Notes under the pieces: model-generated | Seen by the model: only the letters and a program-made list of their open reading frames with translations | Databases searched by the model: none | What the model was told of the DNA's origin: nothing | Translations under genes and position numbers: made by a program | Assembly (NCBI GenBank): GCA_038064495.1 | Contig: JBBTSZ010000002.1 | Span: 216,934 to 280,933, forward strand | Length of the DNA stretch: 64,000 bases | Origin: Patescibacteria group bacterium | GTDB lineage: Bacteria; Patescibacteriota; Minisyncoccia; Phycocordibacterales; Phycocordibacteraceae | Reading direction: 5' to 3' | Part shown: positions 38,156 to 47,573 of the stretch, piece by piece | How positions within the stretch are numbered: the stretch's first letter is position 1 | Layout of the letters: each line of letters begins with the position of its first letter

Positions 38156-39100
38156 ATGTGTAGATTCCTCATCCCACTTCTCGTCACGGTCTTCCTCATA
38201 GGAATACCACTCATGGCACAGGCTGCCGATACCAGTTTCTTTGGCCCTATCGTTCCGACACAATGTAATTGTCCGGGTGAAGCCCCGGGTCTTGGCTGCA
38301 TTCTTGAAAGCCTCCGGCTTTTGATGAACCTCATCATTTCCATCGCCTGTGTGTTCCTTACGCTCATCATTGCGTACGGTGGCCTCCTTTTCATGATGGG
38401 TGCGACGAACCCCTCGCAACGCGAGACCGGTAGGAACGTGCTCATCAACGGTTTCATCGGTATTGTCATCGTCTTGTCGGCCTGGCTCCTGGTTGATTTC
38501 ATTATGAAGCGTCTGTATAACTCAAACTCTTTCGGACCGTGGAACTCTATTTTGCTCGGTCAAGGAGAGCTCTGTCTGCATAAACAACAAACCGGAGAAA
38601 TATTTACTGGAAATATTGTAGTAACTCCAACCACAAACCCTGGTTCTGCGGGTGGGGCAGGTGGAAGTGGTGGGAGTGGTGCAAATTGTCCTGCCGCTGA
38701 CCCTGGAAGCATGGTTAACTTTCCAGCTTCAGCAACCTCAGGTGCGGCCGAGAAGGCAACTCCTACAACCGTGCAGAATTTCCTTGCCATGCGAGCTGCT
38801 GCACTTAAAGAAGGTATTGATTTAAAAGTAACGGATGGATATCGATCTGAGTCCGAACAAATAGCTCTGTGGGATAGATATGGGCACGACACCAGCCAGG
38901 CAGCTCGACCTTGTACGCTCGGAGGTGGTGGGTCAAATCACAACTCTGGAACGGCGGTTGACCTGACCGTCGGTTGTGCCAAGACGGATAGTTCGTGCAA
39001 CAGTCCACAGTACCGCTGGTTGAAGGCAAATGGTTCCAAGTGGAATTTTAGAAACGCACTTCCAACTGATACGGTGCACTGGTCGCCAAGTGGTACCTAA
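38156..39100 (+). CDS. pilin-like membrane domain fused to an M15B/VanY-type D-Ala-D-Ala peptidase
   Basis: same N-terminal module as 36590; DGYRSESEQ, SNHNSGTAVD, WLKAN, DTVHW. Confidence 0.8.
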   Translation: MCRFLIPLLVTVFLIGIPLMAQAADTSFFGPIVPTQCNCPGEAPGLGCILESLRLLMNLIISIACVFLTLIIAYGGLLFMMGATNPSQRETGRNVLINGFIGIVIVLSAWLLVDFIMKRLYNSNSFGPWNSILLGQGELCLHKQQTGEIFTGNIVVTPTTNPGSAGGAGGSGGSGANCPAADPGSMVNFPASATSGAAEKATPTTVQNFLAMRAAALKEGIDLKVTDGYRSESEQIALWDRYGHDTSQAARPCTLGGGGSNHNSGTAVDLTVGCAKTDSSCNSPQYRWLKANGSKWNFRNALPTDTVHWSPSGT

Positions 39101-39966
39101 GTAAGATTTTCTAGAGAGAGTTTCCGAAGCCACGCTTTTTGGTGACGAGCATAGTGCCAGAGGCGTGATGAAAGAGTAGGTAAAAGGGAATCAAACGAGC
39201 GTTCACCACGGAGATACTCACCAATAATTTTATACTCAAGACCAAGTTCCTGTAGGCGCTCGTCTCCGACGTACGCGCGGACACGCTCCACCTCATCTAT
39301 AAGGCCTTTCTCAAGAGATTCCATCAGACGCTTGCGCAAGCGTGCTCGTAGTTCGTCACGTTCAGGATTAAGTACCACCCACCCCACCTCATAGCGAGGT
39401 AGAAGGGTGTCTCGCTCAGGCACACTCCCGTTTTCAGCAATAATTTCAAGAGCACGGATAAGGCGTCTGCGGTTTTTTGGGTCAAGACGTACGGCTCGTC
39501 GTGGATCTGCATCACGCACCCGATTCATTAATTCTTCATCGCTCACGGTTTCAAGCTCTCTCCGCAAATCCTCATTCTTTGGAATCTCGGCTGGAAGTCC
39601 GTAGATAAGCGCATCAAAATAAAAGTGTGTTCCTCCAGCAAGTATCGGTAGCTTGCCACGAGCAGATAACTCAGTAATGAGTTTGTCAGCGTCTTGCACA
39701 AAATCTCCTGCACTGTAGGTTTCTCTCGGGTCACGAATGTTAATGAGGTGATGAGGTATTCCATCCATTTCCTCTTTGGTGATTTTTTCAGTGCCGATAT
39801 CAAGCATCTGATATATCTGACGTGAATCAACCGATATAACTTCCCCGTCTAATTCCTTAGCAAGTGCAATAGCGCGTGCGGTTTTTCCTGAGGCAGTAGG
39901 GCCCACAACCGCAATAACCTTCAAAAGAGGATTTTTTTTGGTGGACCCTGGTTCCGGTGATATCAT
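39097..39966 (-). CDS. miaA: tRNA dimethylallyltransferase
   Basis: GPTASGKT, DSRQIY, IGTEK, GGTHFY, RLIRALE. Confidence 0.96.
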   Translation of the reverse strand: MISPEPGSTKKNPLLKVIAVVGPTASGKTARAIALAKELDGEVISVDSRQIYQMLDIGTEKITKEEMDGIPHHLINIRDPRETYSAGDFVQDADKLITELSARGKLPILAGGTHFYFDALIYGLPAEIPKNEDLRRELETVSDEELMNRVRDADPRRAVRLDPKNRRRLIRALEIIAENGSVPERDTLLPRYEVGWVVLNPERDELRARLRKRLMESLEKGLIDEVERVRAYVGDERLQELGLEYKIIGEYLRGERSFDSLLPTLSSRLWHYARHQKAWLRKLSLENLT

Positions 39967-39995
39967 GGCCTAACTTCAGATAACGATACTTCCAT

Positions 39996-40661
39996 ATGAA
40001 CAAAAACAGCCAGAAAAGCAATTATTGCGAAGCGTGCGGAGATTTCCATGATGCCGGACACGACGGAGCCTCCTTTGTACAGATCGGGGAAGTCATTCCA
40101 GACTACGAGTTTGAAATCTTCCATAAGGACGACCAAAAGACGGTAAAGTTTTCTGACTATCGCGGCAAATGGCTCGTGGTGATGTTTTATCCGGGCGACT
40201 TCACCTTTGTGTGTCCAACGGAGCTTGAGGATATGGCAAAGCTCTATCCGAAGTTTCAAGAAATGAATACGGAAGTACTCTCTTTTTCTACGGACACGGT
40301 CTACGTACACAAGGCGTGGCATGACACTTCTGCCGCTATCAAACAGGTGAACTATCCAATGGGTTCAGACCCGTCTGGTAAGATTTCCTTTGCCTTCGGT
40401 ACGCTTATTGAAGGAGGAGATATGGCGCATACACCAGATGAAGGCCAGTCTCGACGCGGCACATTTGTTATTGACCCCTCGGGAGTGCTTCGTACGATAG
40501 AAATTCATGACAATAGCATTGGGCGGCGCGCAGGCGAAACACTTCGCAAGGTACAGGCAGCGCAGTACGTGGAGGCCCATCCAGGTAATGTCTGCCCGGC
40601 AAGTTGGGAGGAAGGCGACGACACACTGGAACCGGGCATGGATCTTGTAGGTAAGATTTAG
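39996..40661 (+). CDS. ahpC: 2-Cys peroxiredoxin AhpC
   Basis: FYPGDFTFVCPTE, VCPASW. Confidence 0.95.
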   Translation: MNKNSQKSNYCEACGDFHDAGHDGASFVQIGEVIPDYEFEIFHKDDQKTVKFSDYRGKWLVVMFYPGDFTFVCPTELEDMAKLYPKFQEMNTEVLSFSTDTVYVHKAWHDTSAAIKQVNYPMGSDPSGKISFAFGTLIEGGDMAHTPDEGQSRRGTFVIDPSGVLRTIEIHDNSIGRRAGETLRKVQAAQYVEAHPGNVCPASWEEGDDTLEPGMDLVGKI

Positions 40662-40856
40662 TGGAAGTAGTCCAAAATATCCGCCACCGTTGTTACGGAG
40701 CCTCTACATCTCCTTCACCGTACCAGCACGGTACGGCTCAGTCGATGTTTTCCCCGTGCCTAGGTGGCAAACATTTATGGAGCTACTTCAGTTGGAATTA
40801 TATTCAAGAAATCAAAGAAAAACGGCGGCCCATGGGGCCGCCGTTCGCGCATCGCA

Positions 40857-41525
40857 TTATGCATATTCGCGCGTGAGTTGATGCCAGTTTGCTTTTCCTG
40901 CCGGCAGGGGTGGTACTAATTCATTCCCGTCTGGCGTGAAAGGGTTTTCACCCTCTTGCCATGAGTTTGCTTCAAGTGTTATTAGCGACAATATGGAAAA
41001 ATCATCAAAAAATGTTTTTCCAGAACGATTGCAGATGGCTAGTACCTGAGGATACAAAATAGCTCCAGGTATTTCGCGTAGTATTACAGTTCTCAGCTCA
41101 CGGAGAGTACCTGCAGTTGAAATCGTGTCTTCAACCATCATGATGCGTTCGTCATCACGAAAGTGTGATGAAAAACGTTTATCGAAAACAAACACCTCGT
41201 TTGGTTTCTCGGCATAGGCATAGGTGGTATCGAGCATACTACTTGCTAGGTTGTACGAAAGTACAATGCCACCTTTGGCTGCGCCAACAATACGATCGAT
41301 AGCCCCGTGAGGCGGAGAAATCTTCCGAGCGAGTTCAGTACATGCTCGCCTGAAAAACCTGGGGTGTTCCGACACAATGAGACCACAATTGAAATACCCA
41401 TCTGAAATCAATCCTGAAGTGAGTCGGACATAAGGGCGCTCGGGGTTGCCATCGTGTTTCCAAAAGGCACCAAAACCTTTGAATGATTCGGTCCAATCGT
41501 GCTCAGTTCGCATTTCATCAAACAT
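40857..41525 (-). CDS. orotate phosphoribosyltransferase-like type I PRTase
   Basis: LTSGLISDGYF, YAEK, MVEDTISTAGT PRPP motif. Confidence 0.75.
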   Translation of the reverse strand: MFDEMRTEHDWTESFKGFGAFWKHDGNPERPYVRLTSGLISDGYFNCGLIVSEHPRFFRRACTELARKISPPHGAIDRIVGAAKGGIVLSYNLASSMLDTTYAYAEKPNEVFVFDKRFSSHFRDDERIMMVEDTISTAGTLRELRTVILREIPGAILYPQVLAICNRSGKTFFDDFSILSLITLEANSWQEGENPFTPDGNELVPPLPAGKANWHQLTREYA

Positions 41526-41652
41526 ATCTTATCTCCCATAGGACAAATACCTGTGCCACCCTATCAGAAGGGTCTCATGCTGGCCAGCTCTATTAGTTTG
41601 TGCCGGGGGAGTTGGTACTCCAACGAGCTCTTATATATGCCTCACGAAATTG

Positions 41653-41733
41653 TGCCGGGGGAGAGACTCGAACTCTCAAGCCTTGCGGCAGCGGGTTTTG
41701 AATCCACCGTGTATACCATTCCACCACCCCGGC
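41653..41733 (-). tRNA. tRNA-Leu(CAA)
   Basis: GCCGGGG/CCCCGGC acceptor, TT-CAA-AA loop, variable arm. Confidence 0.92.
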
Positions 41734-41797
41734 AATTCCCTCATCCTACTCCACCAGGCACCACGGCGTAAAGCGAGTGAATGTTATACTGAAGGAA

Positions 41798-42784
41798 ATG
41801 AGCGAGGGAAAATATACTGAACCAACGAAGTACGACTCCGTCTATTGGGTGGAGGTAAATCGTATTGTGCCCAATCCCTACCAGCCTCGTAAGGAATTTG
41901 ATGAGACCGCACTTAAGTCCCTCGCCGAATCCATTCGTCAGTACGGTATTCTTCAGCCGCTTACGGTTACGAGAAAGGAAGTAGAGAAAGAAGACGGTGG
42001 TCTACAAAGTGCGTATGAGCTTATTGCAGGTGAGCGTCGTCTTCGCGCGTCTAAGTTGATTGGTCTTAAAGAAGTTCCGGTGGTTATCCGTGTGGGTGAA
42101 CAAACCGACAAGATGAAACTTGAGCTCGCTATCATTGAGAACCTACAGCGTGAGGACTTGAATGCGATTGACCGCGCGGTTGCCTTTAATCAGCTCGCGC
42201 AAGATTTCGGACTGCAGCACAACGAGATTGGCGCGAAAATTGGCCGCTCTCGTGAATACGTTTCAAACTCCATTCGCCTGCTCGCACTTCCGGAAGCCAT
42301 TCAGCAGAGTGTTATCAACAAAGAAATCTCAGAGGGGCACGCACGTGCACTCCTCATGTTGAACGACCGTCCAGACGAACGCGATACGTTGTTTAAGGAA
42401 ATCGTCTTGAAGAAGAGTTCCGTACGTATGGTAGAACAGCTTGCGCGCCGTATCGCAACCGATAAAATCCGTAAGCATGACAAGACGCCGGAGATGATGG
42501 AGCTTGAGAAAAGTCTCACTGAGACACTTGGCACTCGAGTCCTCATTGAAAACAGACCGAACGGCGGAAGGGTATTGATTGAGTTCTTCTCACCTGAAGA
42601 TTTGTCACACATCGCCGCTATTCTTGCAGAGCGTAAAGAAGCTGAAGCGGCGATGAGTCCTGAGGCAACTGCTTCCACGGGTGACATGCCAATACACCCG
42701 AACACCACACAGCTCGAGCATGAAACGCCAGCTGAAAAACAACAAGAAGAGGATCTGTACTCAGTCAGTAATTTCGCCGTCTAG
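41798..42784 (+). CDS. parB: chromosome partitioning protein ParB/Spo0J
   Basis: PNPYQPRK, GILQP, IAGERRLRA, IENLQREDL, HTH, GHAR. Confidence 0.95.
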   Translation: MSEGKYTEPTKYDSVYWVEVNRIVPNPYQPRKEFDETALKSLAESIRQYGILQPLTVTRKEVEKEDGGLQSAYELIAGERRLRASKLIGLKEVPVVIRVGEQTDKMKLELAIIENLQREDLNAIDRAVAFNQLAQDFGLQHNEIGAKIGRSREYVSNSIRLLALPEAIQQSVINKEISEGHARALLMLNDRPDERDTLFKEIVLKKSSVRMVEQLARRIATDKIRKHDKTPEMMELEKSLTETLGTRVLIENRPNGGRVLIEFFSPEDLSHIAAILAERKEAEAAMSPEATASTGDMPIHPNTTQLEHETPAEKQQEEDLYSVSNFAV

Positions 42785-42786
42785 GG

Positions 42787-44397
42787 TTACTTCACAGAAC
42801 GTTTCTTTGATACACGCTTCTTCTTTTTCTTTCCTTCTGGCTCGGGTGTCTTAGAGACGATTGGTTCAAGAGCATTTCTAATGTGTCGCCTGGCAAGTGA
42901 GGTCTTTGCATATTCCAGCCATTTTGAAGTTGGCTTTGCAGACTCTCGCGTGAGAATCTCTACCACATCCCCATTTCGGAGTTTCGTATCAAAGGAGACC
43001 AATTTTCCGTTCACTTTTGCTCCGTTCATATGGGCACCGAGGTCGCTATGTATTGCGTAGGCAAAATCGGCAGGTGTTGACTCCACCGGAAGGTCAATAA
43101 CGTCTCCGCGAGGCGTAAACACAAATACTCGATGCGAGAAGAAATCTGATTTCAAACCTTCTACAAAGTCGCCACTCGGCTCGCTGCTTGGATGCGCGTC
43201 AGCAAGCTCCGTGAGCCAGCGTGGAATATTTGTCTCCGCCTTTCCTTTTTTAGTTGTAGGTTCGGTCGTAGTGACAGCCCCCTTTCTAAAATTCAGAAGC
43301 GTCGGGAGAAGGTCGCGAATCCACGGAAAGGAAAGTCGCTGGAAAGCGCCCTTCGGAGCTTCTTTTCCCAGCAATTTGTAGGACATATGCGAGGCAATAC
43401 CGAACTGAGCTCGTTGGTGCATTTCCTTCGTGCGAACCTGTACTTCTACGATGCCGGCTTCAGGAGTGAGTACGGTGGTGTGCAAGGACTGATACCCGTT
43501 TGGTTTTGGGAACGCTATGTAGTCCTTAAACTCACCCGGCAGTGGCTTCCAGAGCGAATGCACAAGACCAAGCACGCTGTAGCAGTCGTCAATTGTCGGT
43601 ACGATAATCCGAAGTGCTGCGATGTCATGTATTTGGGTAATGTCGTCGTTCTTACGTTCAAGTTTCTTATGAAGACTCCACAAACCCTTCATGCGGATGC
43701 TACTGGTGAACTCTTTAATATCTTTTCGGACAAGCGCGTGACGGAGTTCTTTTTGCACCCGGGCAAGACCGGTCTCATTTTCCTTACTTTTTAGCTTCCG
43801 CACTTCAAGTGCGTGTTGGTAGGCGTCGGGGTCAACGACCGGGAACGAAAGGTCCTCCAGCTCCTTCTTCAAGCGTCCGATACCAAGGCGGTCGGCAATA
43901 GGTGCATAAATTTCAAGGGTCTCAAGCGCAATTCGTCTTCGTTTATGTTCCGGCACGTGCTCTATCGTGGTCATGTTGTGATAGCGGTCCACCAGCTTGA
44001 TGATGAGTACGCGCACATCTGCTGATGTGGCAACGAGGAGACGTCGCAGACTTTCTGCATGGCGCTCACCTCCCTGATATTTGTGCTTACCGAGCTTCGT
44101 TACACCCTCAACCAAGAACAGAATTTCCTTTCCAAATTCTTTTTCAATCTCCTCGGCAGTCACTTTTACGTCCTCAATCGCGTCATGCAAAAGGGCAGCC
44201 GCGATGGTTTCGCTATCCATACCAAATTCCGCGAGGTACTGTGCGACCGCTGCTGGGTGAAGGAAGTAGGGCTCACCCGAGTACCGGGTATGGCCCTCGT
44301 GCGCCTTTAGACCAAATGCGTAGGCTTTTTCTATAAGGGCGTGGCCCTCGGGAGTGCGGTCTTCTGCGTGCGCAAGAATCTCCTTGACGGTGGTCAT
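42787..44397 (-). CDS. relA: RelA/SpoT (p)ppGpp synthetase/hydrolase with TGS domain
   Basis: RYSGEPY, LLHD, IKLVDRYHNM, KDYIAFPKPNGYQSLHT, EVQVRT, DFAYAIHS; start placed at MTTVKEIL. Confidence 0.93.
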   Translation of the reverse strand: MTTVKEILAHAEDRTPEGHALIEKAYAFGLKAHEGHTRYSGEPYFLHPAAVAQYLAEFGMDSETIAAALLHDAIEDVKVTAEEIEKEFGKEILFLVEGVTKLGKHKYQGGERHAESLRRLLVATSADVRVLIIKLVDRYHNMTTIEHVPEHKRRRIALETLEIYAPIADRLGIGRLKKELEDLSFPVVDPDAYQHALEVRKLKSKENETGLARVQKELRHALVRKDIKEFTSSIRMKGLWSLHKKLERKNDDITQIHDIAALRIIVPTIDDCYSVLGLVHSLWKPLPGEFKDYIAFPKPNGYQSLHTTVLTPEAGIVEVQVRTKEMHQRAQFGIASHMSYKLLGKEAPKGAFQRLSFPWIRDLLPTLLNFRKGAVTTTEPTTKKGKAETNIPRWLTELADAHPSSEPSGDFVEGLKSDFFSHRVFVFTPRGDVIDLPVESTPADFAYAIHSDLGAHMNGAKVNGKLVSFDTKLRNGDVVEILTRESAKPTSKWLEYAKTSLARRHIRNALEPIVSKTPEPEGKKKKKRVSKKRSVK

Positions 44398-44450
44398 GTA
44401 GTACAAGATACTGCCAAAAGATTCGCTTGGGAAGAAAGGAATACGTAGCC

Positions 44451-44624
44451 ATGCAAGTACAAATTCACGTGCATCAGTGCACGAGATGTGCAGGTGCACA
44501 CAGTATCGTTGACTGCAAAGCGCCAGAGTCTCCCTATCCATGGTCAGTACTCGGTCACCCCGCTGTCGGTGTGTACATCGGTCCGGACGGAGTTCATGTT
44601 GGAACTCCACCTCTGAAAAAGTAA
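44451..44624 (+). CDS. small CCHC zinc-knuckle-like protein, 57 aa
   Basis: AAAGGA SD; CTRCAGAHSIVDC; terminator AGGGACTGCGC/GCGCAGTCCCT follows. Confidence 0.55.
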   Translation: MQVQIHVHQCTRCAGAHSIVDCKAPESPYPWSVLGHPAVGVYIGPDGVHVGTPPLKK

Positions 44625-44671
44625 AAGGGACTGCGCTCATGCGCAGTCCCTACTACGTTAGCGCTTGAGCT

Positions 44672-47065
44672 CTACGCTAAATAGCTTGCGGCAATCTCTG
44701 GAGTCATCTCCTCTGCCTGTTCCGATTCAGGAAGATAAATGCGGCGAAGACCTTTCTTCAGGAAGAAACCTTGTTTTGATTTATACAACGTGAGCATCTT
44801 TCCCGTCTTTGGATGCTTACCAATATCTTTCACAAGGTCTACACCCTTTGGCGGGCGCTTTGGTTCAGCAATAAGGGCGAGTGCTTCTTCAAGCGTAATG
44901 GTGTACGGGTCACCTTTTTTAATGGAACGGAATTCTCCATTGTGAGCAACAAATGGTCCAAAGCGCCCGGTGGAAGCGGTAATCACCTCACCGGTTTCCG
45001 GGTGCTTTCCAAGCGCGCGAGGAAGTGAAAGATACTTCACTGCGTCACTAAGAGTCACCGTCGTTGGGTCCATGCCAGTCGGTACACTTGCGCGCTTCGC
45101 GTTTATTTTTGGTTTTATCACTTTTTTCTTTTTTGGCTTACCGGCTTTGGTGAGCTCCACCGGAGCTTCAACAACAGGCTCACTTGGAAGCACCATTTCT
45201 ACATACGGACCAAAACGTCCAGTCTTCACATATATAGGAGCGCCGGTATCGGGGTGCATACCAATAGGCTCATCTGACTTAAGTTCACCACCATCCTCCT
45301 GTCGTGCACCAGTACACTCTGGGTAGCGTGTACAGCTCATGAAGATGCCACCACGTCCGAGCTTAAACTCCATCGCCGCGCCACAGATAGGACAGGGGAA
45401 TTCTACTGGAACGGCACCGAGCGATGTTGCTTTCGGGAGTGATTCCTTGTCGGCAATGGCTTTTGCAAACGGCGTATAGAAATCTCGGAGCGTCGGCTCG
45501 TACTCGCGCTCGCCACGCGCAATTTCATCAAGCTCGTCTTCCATTTCAGCAGTAAAGGAATCACTAATGTACTCAGCAAAATGTTCCTCAAGGAAACCAG
45601 AAACCACCATACCGGTTGCCGTTGGTGTAAGCGTGCGACCGGTCTTCTCTACGTACCCGCGGTCTGCGATGGTTTTCATAATGGATGCGTAGGTGGACGG
45701 GCGACCAATACCGCGCTTCTCAAGTTCCTTCACGAGTCCTGCCTCCGTGTATCGATTTGGCGGTTCGGTCTGTTTTTCTGTACTCGTAAGGTCTTTCAAA
45801 TTCGCACTCCGGCCAACCGTAAGCTTTGGCAGTTCAACGTCTTCACCACGAGCACGGGTATCAAGCGCAAGCCATCCCGGAAAGAGTACACGAGAACCAT
45901 TTGCAGAAAAGAGGGGAATTGCTTCTGATGCTTGAAGCTTTACTCCGGTGCGCTGTACTTTCGCGGCTGCCATCTGGCTTGCGAGTGCGCGAATACGAAT
46001 CAGCTCGTAGAGTTTACTTTCGTCACCGGTTGCGCCCGCATGTACTTTGCCTGGGTCAGTCGGACGCACTGCCTCATGTGCCTCCTGCGCGTTCTTGCTC
46101 TTCGTTTTGTACGTGCGAGCCTGCACGTACTCTGTACCAAACGAAGATTCCACGACACTTGCAAGGCGCGCTATCGCGTCCTTGGCAAGATTCACGGAAT
46201 CAGTACGCATGTAGGTAATATGTCCTGCCTCATACAGTTTTTGTGCGGCGCGCATAGTGCGGCTCGGCGAGAATCCAAGACGCGTAGACGAAACTTGCTG
46301 GAGGGTAGACGTGGTAAATGGGGGACGCGGATTTCGCTCCTCAGAGCGTTCCTGTATGTCGGCAATACTCCACGAGGCCTTCTTGCCAAGGGTGAGAATA
46401 CGCTGCGCCTCAGTCGCATTGTCAGGTTGCTCCACGCAACTTGCTGGGAAGGTGCCGCCGGAAGCTTCAAACAAGGCATCAAGGGTGTAGTAGGTAACGG
46501 GAATGAACGCCTGTATTTCACGCTCGCGTTCCGCAAGGATGCGGAGCGCGGGTGACTGTACACGCCCGGCTGAAAGTCCGTAACGGACCTTCTTCCAGAT
46601 AAGCCCGGAAAGGTCATAGCCAACCAAGCGATCAAGCACACGACGAGCCTCTTGTGCCTCGCGCATCTTTTGGTCAATGGTGCGTGGATGCGTGAGGGCT
46701 TCCTCTACCGCCTGTTTCGTAATCTCATGGAACACCACGCGCTTTGGGTCCTTGAGACCAACGGCTTGCTGGATGTGCCACGAAATAGCCTCTCCTTCGC
46801 GGTCAGGGTCGGTTGCAAGAAAGACTTCACTTGCCTTTCCTGCCGCTTTTTTGATTTTCTCAATCACGTCTCGTTTGTCAGGAGAAACGACGTATTTCGG
46901 CTTGAAGCCGTGCTCAATATCAACCGCGTCCTTGTTGCTCTTGGGAAGGTCACGCACGTGACCAACCGACGCGAGCACTTCATACCCACTGCCAAGGTAT
47001 TGACCAATAGTTCTCGCCTTTGCGGGAGATTCTACAATCAATAATTTCTTTCCGGTTGAAGCCAT
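44672..47065 (-). CDS. topA: DNA topoisomerase I
   Basis: IVESPAKA, ATDPDREGE, SAGRVQS, ITYMRTD, AHEAVRP, zinc ribbon, GRFGP repeats. Confidence 0.97.
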   Translation of the reverse strand: MASTGKKLLIVESPAKARTIGQYLGSGYEVLASVGHVRDLPKSNKDAVDIEHGFKPKYVVSPDKRDVIEKIKKAAGKASEVFLATDPDREGEAISWHIQQAVGLKDPKRVVFHEITKQAVEEALTHPRTIDQKMREAQEARRVLDRLVGYDLSGLIWKKVRYGLSAGRVQSPALRILAEREREIQAFIPVTYYTLDALFEASGGTFPASCVEQPDNATEAQRILTLGKKASWSIADIQERSEERNPRPPFTTSTLQQVSSTRLGFSPSRTMRAAQKLYEAGHITYMRTDSVNLAKDAIARLASVVESSFGTEYVQARTYKTKSKNAQEAHEAVRPTDPGKVHAGATGDESKLYELIRIRALASQMAAAKVQRTGVKLQASEAIPLFSANGSRVLFPGWLALDTRARGEDVELPKLTVGRSANLKDLTSTEKQTEPPNRYTEAGLVKELEKRGIGRPSTYASIMKTIADRGYVEKTGRTLTPTATGMVVSGFLEEHFAEYISDSFTAEMEDELDEIARGEREYEPTLRDFYTPFAKAIADKESLPKATSLGAVPVEFPCPICGAAMEFKLGRGGIFMSCTRYPECTGARQEDGGELKSDEPIGMHPDTGAPIYVKTGRFGPYVEMVLPSEPVVEAPVELTKAGKPKKKKVIKPKINAKRASVPTGMDPTTVTLSDAVKYLSLPRALGKHPETGEVITASTGRFGPFVAHNGEFRSIKKGDPYTITLEEALALIAEPKRPPKGVDLVKDIGKHPKTGKMLTLYKSKQGFFLKKGLRRIYLPESEQAEEMTPEIAASYLA

Positions 47066-47177
47066 GTAAGGTATGCATAACGTGTATACCTATATATAGT
47101 CAAGTAAAGATTTCCGAAAAGCATATACAAAAGCCGCGGATTTCTGAAAAGAATCCGCGGCAAAAGTGTGTTTTGCA

Positions 47178-47495
47178 TCATCCAGGAAAGTATCTTTTGC
47201 TCTCCCGGTAGCATGCTCGGCAAACCCACAGACCGATGATGAGGGTGTATATCACCACTGACCAAAAAATAGTCGGGTACTGGTGGTACGCGTCACCCAA
47301 GAGTGTGGTCACGACAATCAGTACCTGAAGTGGTGACAAAAACGTCAACACCATAGTCCGATGGTTACCATCTTCTGACGAAAGCCATTCCAGCTCTGGT
47401 ACACGCTCGTCAAGCTTGCTGGTGTAGAAGTACACGAACCAAAGAAGTAGTGCTGAAAGACACGTCAGATGAGAACGAATATTACGACGGCGCAT
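47178..47495 (-). CDS. hypothetical membrane protein
   Basis: AAAGGA SD; 3 TM; hairpin near 47134-47161. Confidence 0.6.
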   Translation of the reverse strand: MRRRNIRSHLTCLSALLLWFVYFYTSKLDERVPELEWLSSEDGNHRTMVLTFLSPLQVLIVVTTLLGDAYHQYPTIFWSVVIYTLIIGLWVCRACYRESKRYFPG

Positions 47496-47573
47496 AGCCA
47501 GTCCTTTCCTGGTTGTTGCGACAAAAAACGTATCTAGTATTTGTTATACACCCCAAAGATGATTCTTCAACCA

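Noticed and set aside
40661-40876. 71-aa GTG-start ORF after ahpC
   Set aside because: No motif or SD; it runs through a terminator hairpin and overlaps the convergent gene
44398-44640. 81-aa N-terminal extension of RelA/SpoT
   Set aside because: Homology begins at MTTVKEIL, which has a -10-like box upstream; the region holds an opposite-strand SD-led ORF and a terminator
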